Assembly (NCBI GenBank): GCA_963748215.1
Contig: CAVVHS010000006.1
Span: forward strand, 160,001 to 224,000
Reading direction: 5' to 3'
DNA from: an uncultured Gammaproteobacteria bacterium
GTDB taxonomy: Bacteria > Pseudomonadota > Gammaproteobacteria > UBA9214
DNA: 64,000 nucleotides
Positions 19,026 through 27,538 of this stretch are shown here, one piece after another. The notes beneath the pieces are model-generated. The model saw nothing but the letters and a program-made list of their open reading frames with translations. It did no database searches and was not told where the DNA came from. The number at the start of each line of letters is the position of its first letter. The first letter of the stretch is position 1. The position numbers were made by a program, and so were the translations under genes.

Positions 19026-20576
19026 CTATTTCTTTTCCAGCCTTTGCTCCAGCCGGTCGGCGACGTTCCTGATCACCTTGATGCGCGCATAGCGCTTGTC
19101 GTTGCCCTCGACCAGGGTCCAGGGCGCGTTGATGGTGCTGGTGTGCTGCACCATGTCATGTACCGCGTGTTCGTAGTCTTCCCATTTTTCGCGGTTGCGC
19201 CAGTCTTCATCGGTCAGCTTCCAGCGCTTGTAGGGGATCTTCTCGCGTGCCTCGAAACGGGCCAGCTGCTCGTCCTTGGTGATGTGCACCCAGTATTTCA
19301 CGAGCACGATGCCATGCTCGATGAGCTGGTCCTCGAAATCGTTGATCTCGGCATAGGCACGCCGCCAGGTATTTTCATCGGCATAGCCTTCCACCCGCTC
19401 GACCAGTACGCGCCCGTACCAGCTGCGGTCATAGATCGTGAGTTGTCCGGCACTGGACAGGCGCCGCCAGAAGCGCCACAGGTAGTGGTGGGCGCGCTCC
19501 TCGTCGGTCGGTGCGGCGAACGGCAGGACCCGGTAATTGCGCGCATCCAGCGGCCCCGTGATGCGACGGATGCCACCGCCCTTGCCGGCGGCGTCCGGAC
19601 CTTCGAATACCAGGATGGTAGAGACTTTTTTCTCCAGCGCCGCCCGGCACAGCTTGCTGAGCCGGGCCTGCTGTTCCTTGAGCTGGCGCTGGTAGTCCTT
19701 TTTGCCCAGATGCTTCGACATGTTCAGCGTGCTCAGTACCGTCAGCACCGGCGCTGTCACAACCGCGGGCTGTGGTGCATCCGGTTCGACCGCGTCGGTG
19801 GTCTCTTGCGCATTGTGCGTGTCGACGGACTTGATCCGGTTGCGTGCCTCGCGCTCCCAGCGCACCTCGTCGAGCCGCTTGCGCACGGCGTCGCGGATGA
19901 TTGTGCCGACAGTCAGGCTGCGGTAATTGGCGTCCTCGCCCTCGACGATGGTCCAGGGCGCGCGCCCGGTGCTGGTACGCATGATGGTCCGTTCCGCGGC
20001 CTCGATGAAACGCTCGTACATGTCCCAGTGTTTCCAGTCGCGTTCCGTCACGCGCCATTTGGTCAGGGGATCCTTTTCGAGATTTTTCAGGCGCCGCTTC
20101 TGGGCGCTCTTGCTGAGGTGCATCCAGAACTTGAGCAGGACGACGCCGTCCTCGGTCAGCGCATTTTCGAACGCCACGATACGGTCCAGGCTGTCCACGA
20201 ACTGGGGCAGGTCCAGCTTGCCGTAGACGCGGTCCAGCACCGGCCGCGAGTACCACGAACTGAGAAACAGGCCGATGCGGCCCTTGGCGGGAAGATCACG
20301 CCAGAATCGCCAGTATTCAGGTCGATCGCTCTCTTCCTGGGTGGGTTCGTTGTAGGCGCGCGTGACGAGCCAGCGCGGGTCCATCCATTCATTGAGCAGG
20401 TTGACGGTCTGGCCCTTGCCGCCACCGTCCACGCCGGCGAACACGATAATGACCGGAAACTCCGCGAATTCACGCAGCTCCTGCTGCAGTTCCAGCAGTT
20501 CCTGGCGCAGCACGGGTTCGCGTTGCTTGTATTCCTCTTTCGATACGGTGGAACCGACTTCGGCTGCCTCGAACAT
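19026..20576 (-). CDS. pap: Polyphosphate:AMP phosphotransferase (two-domain PPK2)
   Basis: MFEAAE start; two PPK2 domains (AGVDGGGKG; FEGPDAAGKGG, HHYLWRFW, DRSWYGRVLVERVEG, WKLTDEDWRNR). Confidence 0.92.
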   Translation of the reverse strand: MFEAAEVGSTVSKEEYKQREPVLRQELLELQQELREFAEFPVIIVFAGVDGGGKGQTVNLLNEWMDPRWLVTRAYNEPTQEESDRPEYWRFWRDLPAKGRIGLFLSSWYSRPVLDRVYGKLDLPQFVDSLDRIVAFENALTEDGVVLLKFWMHLSKSAQKRRLKNLEKDPLTKWRVTERDWKHWDMYERFIEAAERTIMRTSTGRAPWTIVEGEDANYRSLTVGTIIRDAVRKRLDEVRWEREARNRIKSVDTHNAQETTDAVEPDAPQPAVVTAPVLTVLSTLNMSKHLGKKDYQRQLKEQQARLSKLCRAALEKKVSTILVFEGPDAAGKGGGIRRITGPLDARNYRVLPFAAPTDEERAHHYLWRFWRRLSSAGQLTIYDRSWYGRVLVERVEGYADENTWRRAYAEINDFEDQLIEHGIVLVKYWVHITKDEQLARFEAREKIPYKRWKLTDEDWRNREKWEDYEHAVHDMVQHTSTINAPWTLVEGNDKRYARIKVIRNVADRLEQRLEKK

Positions 20577-20678
20577 CCATCATCCTCCTGCGTGACTCGT
20601 CCGGCGTGGTCCGCCGGTTACCTACACAACCTGAAACAGTTATAACACATGACAGTCGGCAGGCCAGATACACGTGCC

Positions 20679-21347
20679 TCAGTCCGCCGCGACCGGTTCC
20701 GTGCAGTGCACTGAATCATGACGCGGGTTGTTGACCAGCCGGCTGACCGGCCAGGCCTCCAGCGCGGTGGCGGTCCAGGGTGCGAGCATGGCCAGGAGTT
20801 GTGCTTGGTCCGTGTTGGCCGGGTCCAGCCACGCGGCGTACTGCGCCGGGGCCAGGATCGCCGGCATGCGCGCATGGATCGGCGCCATCAGCCGGTTGGC
20901 CGCGGTCACGATGAGGGTGCAGGTCTCCAGTGCCTGGTCGTCATGCTGCCAGTGCTCCCAGAGGCCGGCAAAGGCAAACAGGCCGCCGTGCTGCATATGG
21001 ATGTAGTGGGGTATCTTGTTGTCGTCCTGCTGCTGCCACTCGTAGAAGCCGGTGGCCGGGATCAGGCAGCGCCGCTGCCGGAAGGCGGCGCGGTAGGCAG
21101 GCTTCTCGGCGACCGTCTCGGCACGGGCATTGATGGTGCTGTATTTCGTTTTCGGTTCCTTCGACCAGGCCGGTACCAGGCCCCAGCGCAGCAGCACGCA
21201 CTCGCGCCCGCCCGCGCCCTGGCGCACCACGGCGATATCCTGTGACGGCGCGATATTGTAGCGCGGTGCAAGGGCCGGCGCGTCCGCCAGGCCGAAATGA
21301 CTGGCCAGCGTGTCCGGCAGTGCATCCAGCGAGAAGCGGCCACACAC
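20679..21347 (-). CDS. SOS response-associated peptidase (SRAP/YedK family)
   Basis: MCGRF N-terminus, YNIAPSQ, WGLVPAW, INARAET, RCLIPATGFYEW, IHARMP. Confidence 0.92.
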   Translation of the reverse strand: MCGRFSLDALPDTLASHFGLADAPALAPRYNIAPSQDIAVVRQGAGGRECVLLRWGLVPAWSKEPKTKYSTINARAETVAEKPAYRAAFRQRRCLIPATGFYEWQQQDDNKIPHYIHMQHGGLFAFAGLWEHWQHDDQALETCTLIVTAANRLMAPIHARMPAILAPAQYAAWLDPANTDQAQLLAMLAPWTATALEAWPVSRLVNNPRHDSVHCTEPVAAD

Positions 21348-21410
21348 GGGTCTTACCTGCTATCCATTGGACCGTGCCTGCAACCGAAGGTCATGTGAAT
21401 ACATTCCGCT

Positions 21411-22220
21411 TCAGCGTACCAGCAGCACCGGACGGTCCAGCGTTTCCTGGAAGCGTTCGAGGCCGCCCAGCTGCCACATATCCTGGCCGGCTTCAGCGAT
21501 CAGCAGCCCGGTGCCGGCGGCCTGTGCCGCCTGCATCAGCCGCTGCATGTCACAGCCACCGAGCGGCACCAGGCGGGCCGCCTGGTCGAGCGTGCCGAGC
21601 AGGGTATGCAGCCTTTCCTCCAGGCGCAATAGCCGGTCCGAGCCGCCTTCGGGCAGGAATACCGTGAGGTTGGTGCCCAGGTCCCTGGCCAGGCGGGCGG
21701 CGGTGGTGATGGCCCGGGTCGCCGGTTCCGACAGGCCCGCGAGGACGCCGATGCCGGCGAGGGGTGTGCCGACCGGCGGTGGGCGCACTGCCCTGGCCCA
21801 GTGGCGGCAGGAGGCCAGCGCGCTGAGCCTGCCCAGGCTCAGGATGTCGGCGCTAAAGGCGCGGGTGAGTGCCTCGGTCCCGGTATGGCCGCGCCAGACC
21901 TGGAACGTCCAGGGCACGTCCAGCTTGCTGGCTTCCTGCTCCAGCAGGGTACGCGCCTGGCGTGCCATGGCGCGCAGCTGGCGTTCCATGCGCTGGCTGC
22001 TTACGGCCTGCTCCGCCAGTGACCAGGGGCTCAGTTCGCGCAGGAACGTCAGCCCGGCCAGCTGGATCAGGTTGATGTCCTCGATGAATACGCCCTCGAG
22101 CTCGGCACCCAGCGAGCCGGCCAGTCGCACGGCGATCGCCAGGGGCGCGCGGCTGCCCGGCGCCACGCCCAGGGTGACGACGATGCGCCGTGTCCCGGTT
22201 TGCATCGCGGCCGCGGTCAT
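21411..22220 (-). CDS. Hypothetical USP-like protein
   Basis: RRIVV...AELEGVFIEDINL...RPVLLVR; ATG overlaps stop of the Lon-like gene. Confidence 0.65.
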   Translation of the reverse strand: MTAAAMQTGTRRIVVTLGVAPGSRAPLAIAVRLAGSLGAELEGVFIEDINLIQLAGLTFLRELSPWSLAEQAVSSQRMERQLRAMARQARTLLEQEASKLDVPWTFQVWRGHTGTEALTRAFSADILSLGRLSALASCRHWARAVRPPPVGTPLAGIGVLAGLSEPATRAITTAARLARDLGTNLTVFLPEGGSDRLLRLEERLHTLLGTLDQAARLVPLGGCDMQRLMQAAQAAGTGLLIAEAGQDMWQLGGLERFQETLDRPVLLVR

Positions 22221-24664
22221 GTCGCTGCGTCGTCCGGTGCCTGGTTCTGCCGGTTGCCGCCCCTGGCGGCGAAGGCCTGCAGCTTTTCGGCGTAGTACGC
22301 CAGCGTGTCCTCCACGCGGCGGTTGATGCTGCCTTCCGGAAAGCAGCCCGTGCTGTCGCGTGCTCCCGCCGGGACGCCGGTCAGCAATTCGATGCCGTCG
22401 TCGACCGTGTCGACGGCGTAGACGGCAAACTGTCCGGCCGTTACCGCCTGGCGGACGTCCTCGCGCAGCATCAGGTGCCTGACGTTCGATGCGGGGATGA
22501 TGACCCCCTGTTCGCCGCTCAGGCCGCGCAGCTTGCAGATATCGAAGAAGCCCTCGATTTTTTCGTTGACGCCGCCGATCGGCTGGATCTCGCCGTGCTG
22601 GTTGACCGAGCCGGTGACCGCCAGCGACTGCCTGATCGGTGCATCCGCGAGCGCCGACAGCAGGGCGTAGAACTCGGCGGAGGAGGCGCTGTCGCCTTCG
22701 ACCTCGCTGTAGGATTGCTCGAACACGAGGCTGGCGGAGACCGCCAGCGGACGGTCGGGCAGGTAGCGTGCGCCCAGCAGCGCGGTCAGGATGAAGACGC
22801 CCTTGGAATGGATCGGGCCGCCCAGTTCCACCTCGCGCTCGATGTCCACCACTTCCTTGTCGCCGATGCGTACCCGTGCCGTGATGCGCGTCGGCCGGCC
22901 GAACATGAAATTGCCCAGGTCGATCACCGAGAGGCCGTTCACCTGGCCGCTTTTTTCCCCGTCGGTAGCGATAAACAGGGTGCCGCGCCGCATTTCCTCG
23001 TTGATGTGTTCACGGATGCGGTCGACCCGGTAGACACCGGCGGCGATGGCCTGCTGCACGTCGTCCGCGACGACCGGATCATGATTGTGCTGCGTGGCCC
23101 AGTAATCCGCCTCGCGCAGCAGGTCGATAAGGCTGCGCGTGTGGGTGAGCAGTTTCTCGCCGTCGCCCAGCAGCCGGCCGCTGTGTTCGATGACGCGGGC
23201 GACCGCGGCGCGGTCGAAGCGGTGCAGGGCTTCCTGGCGAATCAGCGTGGCGATCAGCTGTGCATACGACTGCTGGGATTCCGGGGTGCGATCCATGCGG
23301 TAATCGAAGTCGACGGCGACCTTGAACAGTTCGCTGAACTCCGGGTCGTACATCGACAGCAGGTAATACAGGTGCGGCTCGCCGAGCAGGATTACCTTGA
23401 CGTCGAGCGGGATCGCTTCCGGTTCCAGCGACACGGTGCTGACCAGGCTCATCAGCTGGGCCAGCGACTCGATACGCATCTCGTTCGACTGCATTGCGCG
23501 TTTCAGCCCTTCCCAGGCATAGGGCTGGGTCAGCAGCTTGATGGCGTCGAGGATGAGGTAACCGCCGTTGGCGCGGTGCAGGGCGCCGGGGCGGATCATG
23601 GTGAAGTCGGTGACCAGCGCACCGAGCTCCGCGCGATGCTCGACGCGTCCGAGCAGGTTGTTGTAGCCCGGGTTGTCCTCGTAAACGACCGGTGCGCCGC
23701 TGTTTTCATCGCGGATGACGAAATCGTTGACCCGGTAGCGGTTATCCTGCTGTTCCCCGTCTGCACGCTGGCCGACCTCCATACCGAACAGCGAAAAGCC
23801 GGGTTTTTCGCCTTCCTCGCGCAGGAAATGACGGAAGTTCTCGATGACGTCCTTTTCCACTTCGTCGAAAAAGACGATCACATCCGGCAGTCCGCTGTAC
23901 GCCTTGCGCAGTGTGCTGATGAGGTGGGAGATCGCACTGGATGCCATCTCGCGGTTGAGCGTGCTCATGCGGTCGCGCATTTCCTTATGCCACTTCGGCG
24001 ACTCCTGCAGCATCTTGCGCAGCTGCTCGTGCAGCACATCGGTATCCTCGATAATGCGCTTGCGCTCCTCCTCGGGGAGCTTTTCGAATTCCTCCTGGTT
24101 GAGCGTGCTGTCGTTGCGCACCGGTGCAAGGGTGAAACCGGACGGGGTGTGGATGAGCGCGATGTGCCGCTTTTCCGCCTCGTCCTGCACCGCCTGCATC
24201 GCCTTTTCCTTGCGCTCGCTGAATTCCTCCTCGATCTCCTGGGCACGGGTGTGATACTCGTCGCTTTCGAAGAGGGTGGGGATGGTGGCGTGCAGGTCCT
24301 CGATAAGCTGGTTCATGTCGCGCTTCAGCTGGCCGCCCCGGGTGGGCGGCAGGCGCAGCTTGCAGGGCTTGTGCGGGTCGTGGAAATTATTGACATAACA
24401 CCAGTCCGGGGGCAGCGGCTCCTGGGCCGCCTGCTCGCGGGCATAGCGCTGCACCAGCGCATGCTTGCCGGTTCCCGTAGGTCCGAACGCGAACAGGTTG
24501 TAGCCCTTGTGCCGAATACCCATGCCGAAACGAACGGCATCCACGGCGCGCGGCTGGCCGATAATCTCGGTCAGGTCCTCCAGTTCGTCCGTGGTCAGGA
24601 AGCCGAACTGTTCCGGGTCACAGCGATGGAGGAGGGTTTCTGCATCCAGTCGTCTGACAGCCAT
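22217..24664 (-). CDS. Lon-like (LonB-type) ATP-dependent protease
   Basis: IGQPRA, GPTGTGK, DWCYVNNF, PGALHRANGGYL, GQVNGL, EGDSAS (Ser) and GGVNEKIEGF (Lys). Confidence 0.9.
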   Translation of the reverse strand: MAVRRLDAETLLHRCDPEQFGFLTTDELEDLTEIIGQPRAVDAVRFGMGIRHKGYNLFAFGPTGTGKHALVQRYAREQAAQEPLPPDWCYVNNFHDPHKPCKLRLPPTRGGQLKRDMNQLIEDLHATIPTLFESDEYHTRAQEIEEEFSERKEKAMQAVQDEAEKRHIALIHTPSGFTLAPVRNDSTLNQEEFEKLPEEERKRIIEDTDVLHEQLRKMLQESPKWHKEMRDRMSTLNREMASSAISHLISTLRKAYSGLPDVIVFFDEVEKDVIENFRHFLREEGEKPGFSLFGMEVGQRADGEQQDNRYRVNDFVIRDENSGAPVVYEDNPGYNNLLGRVEHRAELGALVTDFTMIRPGALHRANGGYLILDAIKLLTQPYAWEGLKRAMQSNEMRIESLAQLMSLVSTVSLEPEAIPLDVKVILLGEPHLYYLLSMYDPEFSELFKVAVDFDYRMDRTPESQQSYAQLIATLIRQEALHRFDRAAVARVIEHSGRLLGDGEKLLTHTRSLIDLLREADYWATQHNHDPVVADDVQQAIAAGVYRVDRIREHINEEMRRGTLFIATDGEKSGQVNGLSVIDLGNFMFGRPTRITARVRIGDKEVVDIEREVELGGPIHSKGVFILTALLGARYLPDRPLAVSASLVFEQSYSEVEGDSASSAEFYALLSALADAPIRQSLAVTGSVNQHGEIQPIGGVNEKIEGFFDICKLRGLSGEQGVIIPASNVRHLMLREDVRQAVTAGQFAVYAVDTVDDGIELLTGVPAGARDSTGCFPEGSINRRVEDTLAYYAEKLQAFAARGGNRQNQAPDDAAT

Positions 24665-24754
24665 TCGTGGTTCCTGTTAGGGAGGTGATGAATCCGGCAC
24701 GCAACCGCCCCGGCTGGCGGGGCGTGCGTGGCAGAACTGTAGCACGTCCGCCGC

Positions 24755-24916
24755 TTATTCGGACGGCGGGGGTATTTCCGGCGGCGGTGCAGGCGGTGTT
24801 TCCGCAGGTGGCGCGGGAACCTCGGGCGGGTTACCGGGCGGCAGCTCCACGGGTAGTTCGGTCGGCGGTACCTCGGGTGGAACGCCGGGCGGGATTTCCG
24901 GTTCACCGTTTGACAT
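24755..24916 (-). CDS. 53-aa Pro/Glu-rich small protein
   Basis: AGGAG RBS before ATG; MSNGEPEIPPGVPPEVPPTELPVELPPGNPPEVPAPPAETPPAPPPEIPPPSE. Confidence 0.55.
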   Translation of the reverse strand: MSNGEPEIPPGVPPEVPPTELPVELPPGNPPEVPAPPAETPPAPPPEIPPPSE

Positions 24917-24979
24917 GGTATTCAACTCCTGTGTGGATCGGCGACAGCCCTGATTCTCCGCGTGCGCAGAAGATCTGCC

Positions 24980-24993
24980 TTGATTACGATCAA
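24980..24993. promoter_or_regulatory. FNR box
   Basis: Perfect TTGAT-TACG-ATCAA between the divergent Pro-rich/Lon operon and nrdJ. Confidence 0.7.
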
Positions 24994-25150
24994 ATCCCGC
25001 CGCAAGTATCCCGCGTCGGGCGGCCATTGGGACCGGCATCGGCACCATCGCCGCCCGGTGAGCGTCCCGGGTCATCCGGGTACTCTGTTACACTGGTTCT
25101 CGAGCGCGTGCGAATGTCGTGCGCGCCGACGTTGCATGGACTGCAGGCAC

Positions 25151-26980
25151 ATGGTACATGCCGAGACAGACTGGCTGAAGACCCCGGTCGCCCGTCATAT
25201 CTGGGAAACCCGCTATCGCCTCGCGGCAGGCGGCGCGCACGTGGAATCCACCATCGAGGAAAGCTGGCAACGCGTCGCTCGCACGCTGGCCGCGGTCGAA
25301 CCCGCACAGTCCGGGCAGCGGGAACAGCAGTTCCTGGCGCTGTTGCGCGGCTTCCGCTTTCTCCCCGGTGGCCGCATCCTCGCGGGCGCCGGCAGCGGGC
25401 AGCGCGTCACCCTGTTCAACTGTTTCGTCATGGGGCAGATACGCGATGACATGGACAGCATCTTCGATGCGCTCAGGGAGGGCGCGCTTACCATGCAGGC
25501 CGGTGGCGGTATCGGCTATGATTTTTCGACGCTGCGGCCCGCCGGCAGCGCGGCGCATGCCAGCGGGCGCATCGCCTCGGGGCCGCTGGCCTTCATGCGC
25601 GTGTGGGACGCCATGTGCGCCACCGTGCTGTCCACCGGTGCGCGACGCGGCGCGATGATGGCCAGCCTGCGCTGCGACCATCCCGATATCGAGGCCTTCA
25701 TCGACGCCAAGCGCGAGCCGGGTCAGTTGCAGCATTTCAACCTGTCCGTACAGGTAACCGACGCCTTCATGCAGGCCGTCGAGGACGACGCCGACTGGCC
25801 GCTGGTGTTCCCGGTCGCATCGCTCGAATCCGCAGACGATGCGCACAGCGTGTTGCGCGCATGGCCCGGTTGCGAAGCGCCGGTCCCGTGCCGGGTACTG
25901 GCCAGCCGGCCGGCACGCGTGCTCTGGGAACGACTGATGCATGCCACCTACGACACGGCCGAGCCGGGCGTGCTGTTCGTGGATCGCATCAACGCCTGCA
26001 ACAATCTCGCCTACCGCGAAACCATCGCCACCACCAACCCCTGTGGCGAGATTCCGTTACCGCCCTATGGCGCCTGCAACCTGGGATCGCTGAACCTCAC
26101 GACGTTCGTGCGCGAGCCATTCAGCCCGCGGGCGGTGCTGGATCTGGATACACTGTGTGACGCCGCCGGCCTTGCCACCCGTATGCTCGACAACGTGATC
26201 GACTGTTCCGCATTTCCGCTCGAGCAACAGGCGGCGCAGGCGCGTGGCAGCCGTCGCCTCGGGCTGGGTATCACCGGGTTGGCGGACGCGCTGATCATGC
26301 TCGGCCAGCACTACGGCAGCGCGGCGGCGCAGGCAACCGCCGTAGCCGTGATGCAGGTCGTCTGTCACTCGGCCTACCGGGCCTCGATCGGTCTGGCGAG
26401 CGAGAAGGGCGCGTTTCCCTTTTTCGAACGCGATGCCTATCTCGCCAGCCGGTTCGTGCAGGCATTGCCTGACGATATCCGCGCCGGCATCGCCAGCCAC
26501 GGAATCCGCAACAGTCACCTGACGGCCATCGCGCCGACCGGGACCATCAGCCTGCTTGCCAACAATGTCTCCAGCGGCATCGAGCCGGTGTTCGGGATGC
26601 GCCACGGCAGAAAGGTGCTCGACACGGCCGGCGCCTATCACGACTTCGCTGTCGAGGATTACGCCTGGCGCGAATACCGGGACAGCGGCGGCGATACCCG
26701 GGCGCTGCCGGCCGCATTCGTGACCGCGCGCGAACTGCCGCCGCGCGCGCACCTTGACATGCAGGCCGCGTTGCAGCCCTTCGTCGACAGCGCGATTTCC
26801 AAGACCATCAACGTGCCGGAAGACTGTCCGTTCGACGCGTTCCGGGAGCTCTACGTGCAGGCCTGGCGGCGTGGCCTGAAAGGCTGCACCCTGTTCCGTC
26901 CGAACCCGGTGCGTGGCGCGGTGCTGGAGGCGCAGGCGCCGGACCTGCACTGCTGCTCGATCGAACGCGAGGGCGGGTGA
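25151..26980 (+). CDS. nrdJ: Adenosylcobalamin-dependent (class II) ribonucleotide reductase
   Basis: PGGRIL, TLFNCFV, GGGIGYDFSTLRP, RRGAMM, EPGVLF, TNPCGE, ACNLGS, IAPTGTIS, DSAISKTIN, GLKGCT; no ATP cone or adjacent beta subunit; start uncertain. Confidence 0.9.
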   Translation: MVHAETDWLKTPVARHIWETRYRLAAGGAHVESTIEESWQRVARTLAAVEPAQSGQREQQFLALLRGFRFLPGGRILAGAGSGQRVTLFNCFVMGQIRDDMDSIFDALREGALTMQAGGGIGYDFSTLRPAGSAAHASGRIASGPLAFMRVWDAMCATVLSTGARRGAMMASLRCDHPDIEAFIDAKREPGQLQHFNLSVQVTDAFMQAVEDDADWPLVFPVASLESADDAHSVLRAWPGCEAPVPCRVLASRPARVLWERLMHATYDTAEPGVLFVDRINACNNLAYRETIATTNPCGEIPLPPYGACNLGSLNLTTFVREPFSPRAVLDLDTLCDAAGLATRMLDNVIDCSAFPLEQQAAQARGSRRLGLGITGLADALIMLGQHYGSAAAQATAVAVMQVVCHSAYRASIGLASEKGAFPFFERDAYLASRFVQALPDDIRAGIASHGIRNSHLTAIAPTGTISLLANNVSSGIEPVFGMRHGRKVLDTAGAYHDFAVEDYAWREYRDSGGDTRALPAAFVTARELPPRAHLDMQAALQPFVDSAISKTINVPEDCPFDAFRELYVQAWRRGLKGCTLFRPNPVRGAVLEAQAPDLHCCSIEREGG

Positions 26981-27013
26981 GCGGCGAATGTGTCGGTGCG
27001 CAATCCGCCTGTA

Positions 27014-27027
27014 TTGATCCGGGTCAA
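27014..27027. promoter_or_regulatory. FNR-like box
   Basis: TTGAT-CCGG-GTCAA about 95 bp upstream of the 27121 ORF. Confidence 0.55.
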
Positions 27028-27120
27028 TGTGGTCGCGGGCCGTGTGGTTTTAACATCAAGCTGTAAAACAGTGATCAGACACCCGTGCCGTGCGGCACGC
27101 ACACACGATCAGGAGCACAC

Positions 27121-27480
27121 ATGAAACAACCCATCATCACAGTGGAGTTCGGCGCCCGGGCAGAAGGGGTCGATTACCAGGAGGAAAGCGTACCGATCCA
27201 CAGCCCGGAAGAGTTGTTCGCCTTCGTCGCGCCGGGTGGCGGCTGCGAGCGCATACCGGACGAGGTCGATGAAATCCAGATGGTGTTCCTGCATCCCGAA
27301 CATCCCAATCTCACCAACCCGGCAGCCGACGTGCGCGCGACCCTGCAGCTCGGCATGGTGTACTTTACCGGGCCGCTGGCGGAGATCAGTCGTACCGCGG
27401 AGGAGCTGATGGACCGCTACGGTCGCGGTGAGCTCTCGCAGTCCTTCATGCGTGTGGCCGGGCTCGAGCGCGCCACGTGA
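27121..27480 (+). CDS. Hypothetical protein (119 aa)
   Basis: AGGAG RBS, ATG at 27121, host-like codon usage. Confidence 0.7.
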   Translation: MKQPIITVEFGARAEGVDYQEESVPIHSPEELFAFVAPGGGCERIPDEVDEIQMVFLHPEHPNLTNPAADVRATLQLGMVYFTGPLAEISRTAEELMDRYGRGELSQSFMRVAGLERAT

Positions 27481-27538
27481 CACGTGCCGAAAGCCATTGC
27501 GCGCCACAGGTGTCCGGACGCCTGCGGCGCGCAACGGC

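Noticed and set aside
18939-20645. Long antisense ORFs (also 22190..24688, 13609..15357, 9490..11040, 27446..28912)
   Set aside because: Shadow frames of well-supported GC-rich genes on the opposite strand
20632-20655. Pho box upstream of pap
   Set aside because: One good CTGTCAT half-site, but the second is poorly matched and out of phase
20679-26980. Prophage or defence island (SRAP + RNR + ATPase)
   Set aside because: No integrase, structural or defence genes; composition is host-like
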